64,000 nucleotides of DNA from Bacteroidota bacterium (lineage in GTDB: Bacteria > Bacteroidota > Bacteroidia > Chitinophagales > JADIYW01), in assembly GCA_028288625.1 (NCBI GenBank), contig JAQBNI010000145.1, forward strand, positions 16,963-80,962, given 5' to 3'. Numbering within the stretch: position 1 is the stretch's first letter; each line of letters starts with the position of its first letter. This document shows positions 1 through 9,973 of this stretch, piece by piece. The translations under genes were made by a program, and so were the position numbers. Under the pieces are notes generated by a model that worked only from the letters and a program-made list of their open reading frames with translations, was not told the origin of the DNA and ran no database searches.

Positions 1-648
1 AGGACCAAAAAAGGACATGAAAAAATTATTGAAGCTTTTGAAGAAGGTGAGTTTGATATTTTAGTGGGAACGCAAATGGTGACGAAAGGATTGGATTTCG
101 GTAATGTGAGTTTAGTGGGCGTGTTGAATGCGGATGCGCTGATGTTCTATCCCGATTTCCGTGCGTTCGAGCGCGCATACCAGTTGCTGGTGCAGGTGAG
201 CGGCAGGGCGGGCAGGCGCAACAAGCGTGGAAAGGTGATGATACAGATCGGAAATGTGCATCATGTGATGGTGGATATTATTTTAAATAAAACCTATGAT
301 GAATTTTATCAGCTGCAATTACAGGAGCGGAAACAATTTAATTATCCGCCGTTTTCCAGGCTGATCCAATTAACGGTAAAGCACAAGGATATAAAAACGA
401 CGATCGAAGCTGCGAACAGGATCGCGGAATATTTAAATACGCGTTATGAAGGATTTGTGATCGGACCAAATGCGCCCATCATCCAGAAGATCAATAATTA
501 TTACCTGCGTGATATACTGGTCAAGATCCCGAAAAATTACAGAGAGCTTCAGAAAATTAAAAATGACATACGCGAAGCCATTAATGGATTATACCAGTTC
601 CAGTCTTTCAAGCAAATCAAAGTAGTGATTGATGTGGATTGCTATTGA
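1..648 (+). CDS. priA: primosomal protein N' (PriA helicase), C-terminal part; 5' end outside the window
   Basis: Frame 1 is open from base 1 (RTKKGHEKIIEAFEEGEFDILVGTQMVTKGLDF). Helicase motif VI region QVSGRAGRR and a PriA-type C-terminal domain are present. Stop at 646-648. Confidence 0.85.
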   Translation, partial: RTKKGHEKIIEAFEEGEFDILVGTQMVTKGLDFGNVSLVGVLNADALMFYPDFRAFERAYQLLVQVSGRAGRRNKRGKVMIQIGNVHHVMVDIILNKTYDEFYQLQLQERKQFNYPPFSRLIQLTVKHKDIKTTIEAANRIAEYLNTRYEGFVIGPNAPIIQKINNYYLRDILVKIPKNYRELQKIKNDIREAINGLYQFQSFKQIKVVIDVDCY

Positions 649-680
649 AGTATTTCATTATCTTTATATAAACCGCCATT

Positions 681-1334
681 ATGAAAAATCAAACTTTCCT
701 TTGTATAATCTTTTTATCAGCAACAGTTCTATGTTGTAAAAAAAGTGATCCCGCAAAAACCACTAATCCTGTTTTATATGACTCCGTTGTGATTGGTTCA
801 CAGGTATGGATGCTGCATAATCTTGCAGTTTCCACTTATCGTAACGGAGATGCAATTCCAACCGGATTAAGCAATATGGATTGGCAGAATGCTACAAACG
901 GCGCATTTACCGAACCGGATAATAATAGTGCCAATGAAGCAACATACGGTAAATTGTATAACTGGTATGCTGTAAGTGATTCACGCAATATTTGTCCTGC
1001 AGGATGGCATGTTCCCACGAATGCCGAACTTATCACTTTAACAAGCTATTTAGGCGGATTAGATTCAGCAGGCGGCAAACTAAAAGCCACCACATTATGG
1101 TCGGCTCCAAACACAGGAGCAACGAACAGTACAGAATTTACAGGGCTTCCGGCGGGATTCCGCCATCCGGGTGGTACTTTTTTCGATATTGGAAATAGTG
1201 CATTGTGGTGGTCATCTACCGGCAATGGTACGACAACTGCCTTTGACCTTAATCTTACGCAGAGCAGCAGTCATGCATTCTTGCCTGACAATGATAAGCA
1301 TTACGGATTTTCAGTGCGGTGTATCAGGGACTAG
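681..1334 (+). CDS. FISUMP-domain lipoprotein (Fibrobacter succinogenes major paralogous domain)
   Basis: Lipoprotein-type signal (LSATVLCCKK). Motifs GKLYNWYAV, CPAGWHVPT and a C-terminal GFSVRCIRD are typical of the TIGR02145-type domain. Confidence 0.8.
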   Translation: MKNQTFLCIIFLSATVLCCKKSDPAKTTNPVLYDSVVIGSQVWMLHNLAVSTYRNGDAIPTGLSNMDWQNATNGAFTEPDNNSANEATYGKLYNWYAVSDSRNICPAGWHVPTNAELITLTSYLGGLDSAGGKLKATTLWSAPNTGATNSTEFTGLPAGFRHPGGTFFDIGNSALWWSSTGNGTTTAFDLNLTQSSSHAFLPDNDKHYGFSVRCIRD

Positions 1335-1446
1335 TAGAAGTATTCAAACTTCAACATAAATTCTAATTCTCAATTCATAATTCCATTCCCCTTCAAGGGT
1401 ATGTTTCCCTTTGAATAAAAATATATCTTTATAAAAATCACAAACA

Positions 1447-2145
1447 ATGCGAATTCAAAACTATTTTCTAACCTTCCTCATTTCACTATTAATTTTTTCT
1501 TGCAAGAAAAGCACCACTACACAATCGAATGTTGTAACACCATATATTGCAAAGGATGTCGACGGAAATATATACGATACCGTTGTGATCGGCACGCAAA
1601 CGTGGATGGTACAGAATTTGAAAGTAATGCACTTTCGCAATGGAGAAGCTATCGCAAACGATACGGGCGTGGCTGTTTGGACGGCTTTAACTACACCCGC
1701 ATGGTGCTATTATAAAAATGATTCAACAAATAATATACCTTATGGAAAATTGTATAACTGGTTTGCCGTAAATGATCCCCGCGGTTTAGCACCGGAAGGG
1801 TGGCATGTGCCAAGCGATTCAGAATTTGTTACGTTAGAAAATTATCTCGGCGGTGTGGCTGTTTGTGGTGGAAAAATGAAGGAAAGAGATACAACGCATT
1901 GGCATAGTCCTAATGTAGCTGCAACGGATAGTGTTGGATTTAAAGCCGTTGGCGCCGGCGATATGTTTGAAACCTGTTGTTATGGATTTGGATGGAAGGG
2001 TGAATTTTGTATGTGGTGGACAACCACTGAAATAAATGTAATGACTGCAAGATTTCACCGGCTTACGAGACAAGACGGTTCCATATTTAAATCGAATGGC
2101 GGAAAAACTTATGGCTACTCCGTGCGCTGCATTAGAAACAAATAA
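1447..2145 (+). CDS. FISUMP-domain lipoprotein, tandem paralog of 681..1334
   Basis: Signal with lipobox (LLIFSCKK). Motifs GKLYNWFAV, PEGWHVPS and GYSVRCIRN. Confidence 0.8.
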   Translation: MRIQNYFLTFLISLLIFSCKKSTTTQSNVVTPYIAKDVDGNIYDTVVIGTQTWMVQNLKVMHFRNGEAIANDTGVAVWTALTTPAWCYYKNDSTNNIPYGKLYNWFAVNDPRGLAPEGWHVPSDSEFVTLENYLGGVAVCGGKMKERDTTHWHSPNVAATDSVGFKAVGAGDMFETCCYGFGWKGEFCMWWTTTEINVMTARFHRLTRQDGSIFKSNGGKTYGYSVRCIRNK

Positions 2146-2340
2146 TGGCACAGCCATTCCCGTGCAGGTGGTTCGAAGGACTCCCTCGGAGAAATTTCAT
2201 TCATGATAGCATTTGCTTTAATTCGTGCCATCCCCGCATTCGCGAGGATAACATTTACCTGTGTTATGAACTCGGCGCCCTTGTTATTCACTTTATATTC
2301 GTTGGTCAGGCGACCAACGAAGGGAAGCATGATGTTGTAT

Positions 2341-2538
2341 TTAATTCTTACGGTTATTTCTGAAGTAGGCAATGATACTTCCTAATAATAATCCTATTCC
2401 CATTCCAATAGTAAGGAGAGATACAATGTGTATAGGACGGATATTCTCTGTTCCTTTTAAACGACTATAATTACCGAGGGATAAGATGATTACTAATATT
2501 GGGACAATAAATGATCTGAATCTTTGTTGCTTTTCCAT
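2341..2538 (-). CDS. small hypothetical membrane protein (65 aa)
   Basis: ORF with two hydrophobic helices (FIVPILVIILSL, LLTIGMGIGLLLGSIIAYF). No recognisable family. Confidence 0.3.
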   Translation of the reverse strand: MEKQQRFRSFIVPILVIILSLGNYSRLKGTENIRPIHIVSLLTIGMGIGLLLGSIIAYFRNNRKN

Positions 2539-2580
2539 GTTATTTCTTTTATGATTATTTCTTTAAAATATTCAATAGTA

Positions 2581-2664
2581 ACGGTTGCGCCTGGCAGCTG
2601 TGTTAGCGGTTCGTTCTATTCTGTCTCTGAAGCATTGCGGTTAGATGCTATGTGTGTTAGAAGC
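2581..2664. repeat. two direct copies of a loosely conserved ~30-nt intergenic motif (TGCG..TGC..TGTTAG core)
   Basis: Copies are acggttgcgcctggcagctgtgttagcgg and agcattgcggttagatgctatgtgtgttagaagc. They are related to the four copies at 3724..3997. Confidence 0.45.
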
Positions 2665-2673
2665 TACACAATT

Positions 2674-3645
2674 TTATACTTCTCTATTATGTTCTAAAGT
2701 AATCGCAACATTTCCTTTTTTGTGTCCTTTCTCAACATAAGCGTGTGCTTCTGCAATTTGCACAAAGGAGTAAGTTTTATCAATAACTGGCTTCAGCTTG
2801 CCAGTTTCAATTAGTTCCTTAAGAAAAATAATGTCTTTCGCAGAATGGCTTATTACACCAGTCATTACTTTCTTGCTACTTGTTATTGAAGTCCAAAATC
2901 CTTGAAACATCTCTGACATTTCAGCCGCACTTAAAATCAATAATCCACTTTTATTCAGCGACTTTAAACTACGGGAAAACGAAACTTTATTAACGGTGTC
3001 AAAAATTACATCATACTTTTCACCATTTTGTGTAAAATCTTCTTTTGTGTAATCTATTGCTTTGTGGGCTCCCAGGGATTTTACTAAATCAATATTTGCA
3101 GTGCTGCATACTCCTGTAACAGTCGCCCCGAAATGCTTTGCAAGTTGAACGGCTGCGCTACCAACTGCTCCTGATGCTCCGTTAATAAGAACTTTTTGTC
3201 CGGGCTTTATTGATGCCTTTTTAATGAAATGTAATGCTGCAGTTCCTCCAAATGGAATAACGGCTGCTTCTGTATGAGTAAGGCTGCCGGGTTTTAATGC
3301 CAGCGTTCCGTTTTCAGGTAAGCATTTATATTCGGCATAGGCGCCAAAGCGCATATCTGTATGACCAAATACCTGGTCACCAATCTTGAAAAGTTTTACA
3401 TCTTTACCAACAAGTTCAACTTCACCCGAAAAAACGCTACCCAGAATATTTATTTTAGGTTTAATAAGACCGAAAAACAGTCTGACAGCAAATGGGTCAG
3501 CTTTCCTAAGGCGCCAATCACCTGAATTGACTGCTGTAGCTTTAACGCTTAACAGAATTTCATTGTCCTTGGGTGAAGGCTTTTCTACTTCTTTGAGTTG
3601 AAGAACCTCTGGTGGTCCGTATTGTGTGTAAACTATTGCTTTCAT
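2674..3645 (-). CDS. NAD(P)H-dependent medium-chain dehydrogenase/reductase (quinone oxidoreductase / Zn-ADH family)
   Basis: [17 protein letters not shown] start and a [15 protein letters not shown] Rossmann motif. I chose the ATG at 3645 rather than the track start at 3717, because the upstream 24 codons look non-coding. Confidence 0.8.
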   Translation of the reverse strand: MKAIVYTQYGPPEVLQLKEVEKPSPKDNEILLSVKATAVNSGDWRLRKADPFAVRLFFGLIKPKINILGSVFSGEVELVGKDVKLFKIGDQVFGHTDMRFGAYAEYKCLPENGTLALKPGSLTHTEAAVIPFGGTAALHFIKKASIKPGQKVLINGASGAVGSAAVQLAKHFGATVTGVCSTANIDLVKSLGAHKAIDYTKEDFTQNGEKYDVIFDTVNKVSFSRSLKSLNKSGLLILSAAEMSEMFQGFWTSITSSKKVMTGVISHSAKDIIFLKELIETGKLKPVIDKTYSFVQIAEAHAYVEKGHKKGNVAITLEHNREV

Positions 3646-3723
3646 TTGATTATTGAAATTAAATATTGAAGTTCTTGTTTGCTTTAGAACTATCGATTGA
3701 TGTTTGCACGATCGCAAAAGAAT

Positions 3724-3997
3724 TACCGCTTGCGGTTGCGGCTATGCGAAGCCGACTAACACAAATAAATTTACAAAATTTTAAGCCGCTTGCGCTTATG
3801 CGCTGTTATGGGTGCCCACGTTCGTTACAAATGCTTGACAGCAAGTTGTCAGTTTGAATAGTAAAGAATAGAGTATAATACATTTTTTCATTGTCGTCTT
3901 TAGGTTGCCACTAACGGTCGCGCATAGACGCAAGTGGCTAAACGCAATAATAATTTTTTCACGTTTTTAGCCACTGCGTTTATGCACTGTTAGACGC
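3724..3997. repeat. four copies (two inverted pairs) of the ~30-nt motif AGCCnCTTGCGnnTATGCnCnnnGTTAG
   Basis: Copies lie at 3724-3762 (rc), 3784-3814, 3905-3945 (rc) and 3969-3997. Each rc/forward pair can fold into an imperfect hairpin. Confidence 0.5.
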
Positions 3998-4013
3998 TTT
4001 TTTTGAAACAACT

Positions 4014-4424
4014 TCATTGTTGATTTAGCCAAAGTGAAGCTTCACTTATATCTGTGAATACCCGAACATTCGCACCTCTGTTGATTGCAACAGTTTCACC
4101 AAATCTTTCTTTGTGAACAATTGGTTCTTTTCCTACTACTGCAACGCTTCTAACTTTAGCTAAAGCGTGTTTTATTATATAGTTTGCTAAAAATTCAGAA
4201 TATTCATACCTATCGCCAAAAGGTATAACGCCAGTTATTTTTGTTACATCGATTAGAACTTTGCTTTTATGATGTAAAAGTCCTTCGTCTATTGAAAACT
4301 TAAATAAATTATTAGCTTTTAAAAGTGAATAACTGCCACAGGCTGCAATTGATAGGAAATCTTCTTTTATGGTTGTTTTAATGTCAAAGTTTAAATCTGT
4401 ATTTTCCATAATGATAATGTTCAT
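4014..4424 (-). CDS. hypothetical protein, possibly STAS/SpoIIAA-like fold
   Basis: 136-aa ORF whose C-terminal pattern VAVVG...FGETVA..G..VRVF.D..EA..WL resembles STAS-like stand-alone domains. The assignment is tentative. Confidence 0.4.
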   Translation of the reverse strand: MNIIIMENTDLNFDIKTTIKEDFLSIAACGSYSLLKANNLFKFSIDEGLLHHKSKVLIDVTKITGVIPFGDRYEYSEFLANYIIKHALAKVRSVAVVGKEPIVHKERFGETVAINRGANVRVFTDISEASLWLNQQ

Positions 4425-4509
4425 AAAAAATTGCGCCTCTTGTTTATATGTGCTATAGATGTAATCGAATCATTTATAATTCCTAATTCAAAATTCGTAA
4501 TTCCAAATT

Positions 4510-5877
4510 CTACTTCCCTTTTCCTTTCCACAAGATCAGCACCGTATATATAAGGATCTTAAAATCCATCAGCAGCGAAATATTTTCAATATATAAAAGG
4601 TCGTACCGCATGCGCTGATGCATTTCCTTTAGATTGGACGCGTAACCAAATTTTACCATGCCGAGCGAGGTGATACCGGGCTTCACACGCTGTAATATCT
4701 CATATTGCGGCGCAGTTTGTATGATCCGGTCTATAAAATATTTTCGTTCCGGTCTTGGTCCCACCAAACTCATGTCGCTAATTAAAACATTCCACAGCTG
4801 TGGTAATTCATCCAGCCTGTATTTACGCATCGTTCTTCCGAACGGTGTGATGCGTTCATCATTCTCAGAAGACAACATCGGCGTTCCGTTTTCAGCATTG
4901 GTGAACATCGACCTGAATTTTATGATGGAAAATATTTTTCCGTTCAGCCCAACTCTATCCTGTTTAAAAAATATATTTCCATGTGATGAGCGTTTCACGT
5001 TCCATGCAATGAATGCTAAAAAAGGAGAAAGAAAAAATAGTCCGGAAAATGAAATAACAATATCAAAAATACGCTTCAGTATTTTTTGCCACGGTAAAAT
5101 AAGCTCTGTTGGAATTTCAATCAGCGGTGAACCGAATATACTTTGTGTCTTAAATTTCCCCGATAAGATATCGAGTTCGTCCGGCAGTATCTGAACGGTT
5201 TTTCCTTTGTTTAAAAAATAAATGATGTAATTCTCAATAGTCTGTGTAGAAGATTTCCCGAAGGCGAGGATTACATCTTCATAATTAGTTTTTATTTCAG
5301 ACAAGTCAAAGTCTTCAGTTACCAAATGTTTTTCCACGATCCTGTACGGTAGTTTGATTTTAGAAGTTATAATTTCATTTTCAACTTTTTTACAATTTTC
5401 ATTCGTGCCGATCAGTAATGTGGGAATGAACAGCTTGCCGTTCCCGATCTGCCGTTTCGCGATGGTCAATACAGTGACGCGTAAAAAAGTAGTAATAAAG
5501 AAATGCAGCAGTAAAAACCCGAAAAATAAAAAATAATAATCGCGGTATCCTTTGATAAGGTCATTCAGCATCAGGCTAAAGAATAAGATAATGCCGCCGG
5601 TGACCGCATGCAAAGCTGTTTTGTATATTTCTACTAACCTCGATTTCTTGAGAACGCTGGTATAAGTATTTGAAAAGAAATAATAAAGGATCCAGAAAAA
5701 CGGGACGATCACAATGCCATACAAAAATTTTCTGTCCTGCACCAATGAGGAAAAAGAGAATGCAACTTTTTCAATATAAATTTTCCTGAAAATAAAAAAA
5801 CATAGCCACGAGAGGATTGCAGCAAAATAATCTGTCACCAAATAATATATGATTCCCTTATTCGCACTTTTGCGCAT
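4510..5877 (-). CDS. polyprenyl-phosphate glycosyl-1-phosphate transferase (WbaP/EpsB-type bacterial sugar transferase)
   Basis: N-terminal TM helices and a C-terminal sugar-transferase domain (FKQDRVGLNGKIFSIIKFRSM, DELPQLWNVLISDMSLVGPRPE). Start set at the MRKSANKG ATG (5877), because the track extension to 6084 overlaps the upstream gene. Confidence 0.85.
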   Translation of the reverse strand: MRKSANKGIIYYLVTDYFAAILSWLCFFIFRKIYIEKVAFSFSSLVQDRKFLYGIVIVPFFWILYYFFSNTYTSVLKKSRLVEIYKTALHAVTGGIILFFSLMLNDLIKGYRDYYFLFFGFLLLHFFITTFLRVTVLTIAKRQIGNGKLFIPTLLIGTNENCKKVENEIITSKIKLPYRIVEKHLVTEDFDLSEIKTNYEDVILAFGKSSTQTIENYIIYFLNKGKTVQILPDELDILSGKFKTQSIFGSPLIEIPTELILPWQKILKRIFDIVISFSGLFFLSPFLAFIAWNVKRSSHGNIFFKQDRVGLNGKIFSIIKFRSMFTNAENGTPMLSSENDERITPFGRTMRKYRLDELPQLWNVLISDMSLVGPRPERKYFIDRIIQTAPQYEILQRVKPGITSLGMVKFGYASNLKEMHQRMRYDLLYIENISLLMDFKILIYTVLILWKGKGK

Positions 5878-5930
5878 GCAGCAAAAATACAAATGCATAC
5901 TGATAACAACTATATTAAGGAGAGAATTTA

Positions 5931-6557
5931 TTACTTTCCCAAAGCATACCATACGCCGTAAAAATGGGTAACGCTGCCGCAAAGCACAAAGCAGTGCCAT
6001 ACTGCATGATGGTAAGTGAATTTCTTCCACGCATAAAAGATAACGCCTAAGGAGTAACTTAATCCGCCAAAGATCAGCAGCCACATCACATTGCTGGGCA
6101 TATCATGGAGCATCGGTTTGCCAATAAATACTGCCATCCAGCCTAAACCAAGATAACTTAGTGTGGAGATAAAATCATACTTACCCGTAAAGAAAAACTT
6201 GAGTGCAACACACAGCGCAATAATACACCAGATGATCGTAAGAAATGTGCTTGCCGTGGGGCTCACTAAATACTTTGCAATAAAGGGCGTATAGCTGCCA
6301 CCGATCAGCATATAAATACTGATGTGATCATAAACGCGCAATTTTCTTTTGACGTTCTCGTTTTGTATAGCATGATAAAGAGTGGAAGAGCTGTACACCA
6401 TGATCAATCCCACTGCAAAAACAACACATGCAATTAAGTAAATTGTTTTTACATGACAAGCCTTATAAAGCAAAAAAGGTATTGCAGTTAAAAAAAACAA
6501 AATTCCTACCCCATGTGTAATGGTGTTGGCAATTTCCTTTTTTATTTCGACTTTCAT
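5931..6557 (-). CDS. hemolysin III / PAQR family channel protein
   Basis: Seven TM segments, with YSSSTLYH and HAVWHCFVLCGSVTHF motifs typical of the HlyIII family. Confidence 0.8.
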   Translation of the reverse strand: MKVEIKKEIANTITHGVGILFFLTAIPFLLYKACHVKTIYLIACVVFAVGLIMVYSSSTLYHAIQNENVKRKLRVYDHISIYMLIGGSYTPFIAKYLVSPTASTFLTIIWCIIALCVALKFFFTGKYDFISTLSYLGLGWMAVFIGKPMLHDMPSNVMWLLIFGGLSYSLGVIFYAWKKFTYHHAVWHCFVLCGSVTHFYGVWYALGK

Positions 6558-6589
6558 GAAGTAAATTTATCAGATTAAATATAGTAATA

Positions 6590-8230
6590 ATGACGCATAA
6601 ATTTATAAAAAGGCAGCATCGCGCTATTATTATATCTTTAATAGTAGGTATATATTTTGTGTCTTGTTACCCGCTTTCCACCGGCGCAATAAAATGGCGG
6701 ATGAAATGGGATAAGAAATTAATTGCAGGGAAGAAAGATTATTTTTTTCATAAACCCGACTCGTGTACCGATGTTCCGAATATACTTTTAATTGTAGCAG
6801 ATGATCTCGGCATCAATGAAACCAGCTGTTATGCAAAGTCGCCGGTCGAAACGCCAAACATCGACAAGTTGGCGAAAGAAGGAATAAGATGCACGAACGG
6901 ATATGTATCTTCTCCGGTGTGCGCGCCTTCACGTTGCGGAATTTTAACTGGCAGATACCAGGAGCGCTGCGGTTTTGAAACACAGGAGATTGAATTTTAT
7001 CCCACTAATTTAATTGAATTTCTTACCGGGAAATATTTCTCTCAGAAAGACAGCTCATGGGTAGTATCCACGCATCCGCATTACCCGCGCGACTGGCAGA
7101 TCGATAAGCAGGGGATACCTCCTTCAGAAATTACTTTAGCAGAGCTTTTAAAAAAATATTGTTTTACGACGGGTATTGTGGGCAAATGGCATTTAGGTTA
7201 CAACAGCAGGTTTAATATTCCCACGAAGAGAGGTTTTGATTACCAGTATGGGTGTTATGGTGCATTTACTTTATATGCGGAAAAGGAGCACATGCCCGGT
7301 ATTGTAAATTTTAAAAGAGAATCTTTTGAATCGAAATACCAGTGGGCAATGGCGCGAAAGGACAATGCAATGCTTTATGAGAACAACAAAAAAATAAAAC
7401 ATGAGCATGAATATCTCACCGATGCTATTCGTGATAAGTCGATTGCGTTTATAGAAAAAAATAAAGACCGCCCGTTTTTTTTATATGTCCCGTTCACTGC
7501 ACCTCATGAGCCATACCAGGCTAAAAAAGAATTGTATGATGAAGAAATAAAAAATACTCCACATAGAGGAAAGGCGGTGTATTATGCGATCATTCGTTCT
7601 CTCGATAATGCCATTGGAGATATTATGCAGAAGCTAAAAGATTTGAACCTGGAAGAAAATACCATGGTGATTTTTTTAAGTGATAACGGCGCTGCAACCT
7701 ATACGAAGGTCGCTTCCAATGCTCCATTAAAAGGAGGCAAGCTAACACAGTTTGAAGGAGGAATTGATGTGCCGCTTATTTTTAAATGGAAAAATCATTT
7801 ACCGGCAAATACGGTTTACAGGAATAATGTTATAGCTCTGGATATTTTTACGACAGTGGCTGCTGCATGCAATATTCCCTTGCCATGCGACAGGATCTAT
7901 GACGGCGTAGATCTCATGCCGTATTTTTTAGACCAGAGAAAAGATCCGCCGCATGATAAATTGTTCTGGAGAGCCGATCATATTCATGTTATTATCAAAG
8001 GTGATTATAAGCTTATTTTCAGCTCGCGTGATAAATGGCTGGAGTTATACAATTTGAAAACAGATAAAAATGAAAAAGAAAATTTAAGTCAATCAATGCC
8101 GGAAAAAGTAAAAGAGCTGCAGGATGATATCCAGGTATGGGAAAAAACACTTCCTGTAAAACCGATGTGGCCGCGCATCATGGATCATCGTTTTATGATC
8201 GACGGAAAACAATATTTATTTCCGGTTTAA
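6590..8230 (+). CDS. sulfatase (arylsulfatase family)
   Basis: LLIVADDLG metal-site motif and the sulfatase signature C-A-P-S-R-C-G-I-L-T-G-R. Confidence 0.85.
   Translation: MTHKFIKRQHRAIIISLIVGIYFVSCYPLSTGAIKWRMKWDKKLIAGKKDYFFHKPDSCTDVPNILLIVADDLGINETSCYAKSPVETPNIDKLAKEGIRCTNGYVSSPVCAPSRCGILTGRYQERCGFETQEIEFYPTNLIEFLTGKYFSQKDSSWVVSTHPHYPRDWQIDKQGIPPSEITLAELLKKYCFTTGIVGKWHLGYNSRFNIPTKRGFDYQYGCYGAFTLYAEKEHMPGIVNFKRESFESKYQWAMARKDNAMLYENNKKIKHEHEYLTDAIRDKSIAFIEKNKDRPFFLYVPFTAPHEPYQAKKELYDEEIKNTPHRGKAVYYAIIRSLDNAIGDIMQKLKDLNLEENTMVIFLSDNGAATYTKVASNAPLKGGKLTQFEGGIDVPLIFKWKNHLPANTVYRNNVIALDIFTTVAAACNIPLPCDRIYDGVDLMPYFLDQRKDPPHDKLFWRADHIHVIIKGDYKLIFSSRDKWLELYNLKTDKNEKENLSQSMPEKVKELQDDIQVWEKTLPVKPMWPRIMDHRFMIDGKQYLFPV
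6920..6934 (+). other. formylglycine modification motif CAPSR of the sulfatase
   Basis: tgc gcg cct tca cgt, in frame at codon 111 of 6590..8230. Confidence 0.8.
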
Positions 8231-8239
8231 TTTTATAAG

Positions 8240-9199
8240 ATGAAGTCGCTTTCACTTTCTCTCTCACTTTCACTTTCACTTCTGTCATGTAATTCAAATC
8301 ATCACACACTGGAAAAAGAGATGGTGCTGATTCCCGCAGGCACTTATGAAATGGGCGGCAACAACCCGCAATCCAGGGAAGATGAATCTCCGAAACACCT
8401 GGTTACTTTAAGATCTTTCTGGATGGATGAAACGGAAGTGACTAACTCACAATTCAAAAAATTTGTGGATGCTACGGGTTATGTTACTACTGCAGAAAAA
8501 GATTTTGATTATAAAGATGATAGTGGAAATGTAAAGCATCAGAAAGCAGGATCTCTTGTTTTTCATCAATTAAAACCAGGGGAAGACAAAAATGTAAATT
8601 CATGGTGGAAATTTACGGAAGGTGCAAACTGGAAACATCCGCAGGGACCAAATTCAAGCATAGCAGGAAAAGATAATTTTCCTGTGGTGCAGGTGTCGTG
8701 GGAAGATGCAAAAGAATACGCTAAGTTTTTAAAAAAAAGATTGCCGACAGAAGCCGAATGGGAATACGCAGCACGCGGCGGATTGGAAAATAATATTTAT
8801 CCATGGGGAATTGAAAGAGTAAATGATGGAAAAGCAAAATGTAATTCATGGAGTGGAAATTTTCCGTATGAAAATACGTTAACTGATAAGTATGAAAGGA
8901 GTGCGCCTGTAAAAAGTTTTCCTCCGAATAATTTTGGATTGTATGATATGGCGGGAAATGTTTGGGAATGGTGCAGCGACTGGTACGACAAAGATTACTA
9001 CTCGTTCTGTTTAAATAACAGTAATTTTAATAATCCGCAGGGTCCGGAGAATAATTTTTCAGGGCAAAAAGTGATGCGCGGAGGATCTTTTTTATGTAAT
9101 GATAGTTATTGTTCAGGGTTTCGTGTTGCAGCGAGAATGAAATCAACTCCTGAAACCAGCCTCGAACATACAGGCTTTCGTTGCGTTAAAGATAAATAG
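8240..9199 (+). CDS. formylglycine-generating enzyme (FGE/SUMF1 family) lipoprotein
   Basis: Motifs RLPTEAEWEYAARGG, GNVWEWCSDWY and RGGSFLC..SYCSGFRVAARM. It lies 9 nt downstream of the sulfatase gene. Confidence 0.85.
   Translation: MKSLSLSLSLSLSLLSCNSNHHTLEKEMVLIPAGTYEMGGNNPQSREDESPKHLVTLRSFWMDETEVTNSQFKKFVDATGYVTTAEKDFDYKDDSGNVKHQKAGSLVFHQLKPGEDKNVNSWWKFTEGANWKHPQGPNSSIAGKDNFPVVQVSWEDAKEYAKFLKKRLPTEAEWEYAARGGLENNIYPWGIERVNDGKAKCNSWSGNFPYENTLTDKYERSAPVKSFPPNNFGLYDMAGNVWEWCSDWYDKDYYSFCLNNSNFNNPQGPENNFSGQKVMRGGSFLCNDSYCSGFRVAARMKSTPETSLEHTGFRCVKDK
8246..8281 (+). repeat. hexanucleotide (TCACTT-like) x6 tract encoding (Ser-Leu)6 in the FGE signal peptide
   Basis: tcgctt tcactt tctctc tcactt tcactt tcactt. 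The same CACTTTCAC tract forms one end of the dispersed element at 11690 and 24670. Confidence 0.8.
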
Positions 9200-9215
9200 T
9201 ATATAAATTTATAAA

Positions 9216-9917
9216 GTGAGAAGCATTTTTATCATCCTGTTTTTAATTCCCTTTTTTGCATTTCCTGATGCTACGCTGCCAAAGCCTGTGGTAAAGGTAA
9301 AGAAGGTAACAAAACCTAAAATATTTTCTACAGGTGCCCGTCCGCGCTTACAGCTGGGATTACAGGGAGGAGTAAATCTCAATTATTTTATTTACAGCAG
9401 AAACAGGGTGCAAAAAGATGTGGCGCTCGGCTACCAGGGCGGAGTTTTTTTCAGGGTATCGCGGCAAAAAGCATTTGTGCAATTTGAGATGAATTATTTA
9501 TGGTCGCAGGTTAATATAAGAAATGGAAAATTTACAACTGAATTCGGCGATAGCATTCCTTTCGAAAAACTCACCTTCCGTTATCATACCTTTGGCATTC
9601 CCTTTATATTCGGAGCGTATGCCGTGAAAAAACCTATGTTTAAGCTGAGATTCTATAATGGTATCGAAGCCGATTTTATTACCAAAACGCGCGCGATCGT
9701 CACTACAAATAATTCCCAGGATATTTACAAGCTTAAGCGCGCAGAAAAAAGAAATATTATTCGACCCGAACAATTCAGTTACCAGCTCGGCATGGGCATG
9801 GATATCGCCATGTTTATTATCGATATAAAATATAGTCTCGGCTTTAGAAGTTTTTATCGCGAAGAATTCCGTACACAAACGCACCTTTTCCAGTTCACTG
9901 TAGGCGCTATTTTTTAA
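9216..9917 (+). CDS. outer-membrane beta-barrel protein (porin-family/PorT-like)
   Basis: GTG start, signal peptide, alternating beta-strand pattern and a C-terminal aromatic residue (..TVGAIF). Confidence 0.55.
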   Translation: MRSIFIILFLIPFFAFPDATLPKPVVKVKKVTKPKIFSTGARPRLQLGLQGGVNLNYFIYSRNRVQKDVALGYQGGVFFRVSRQKAFVQFEMNYLWSQVNIRNGKFTTEFGDSIPFEKLTFRYHTFGIPFIFGAYAVKKPMFKLRFYNGIEADFITKTRAIVTTNNSQDIYKLKRAEKRNIIRPEQFSYQLGMGMDIAMFIIDIKYSLGFRSFYREEFRTQTHLFQFTVGAIF

Positions 9918-9973
9918 ATTAATTTCACTATTTATTCTTAGAATATTCTATCAGGAGTATCTATCTTTATCTT

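Noticed and set aside
2115-2372. 85-aa minus-strand ORF that might be a remnant fused to the small membrane ORF 2341..2538
   Set aside because: Its 3' end overlaps the FISUMP gene and no family is recognisable. It could be a decayed gene, but I cannot support that from the sequence alone.
5878-6084. N-terminal extension of the sugar-transferase ORF (track ORF 4510..6084)
   Set aside because: The extension overlaps the hemolysin-III gene (5931..6557) on the same strand and encodes an implausible Cys/Arg-rich peptide. The ATG at 5877 gives a normal TM-rich N-terminus.
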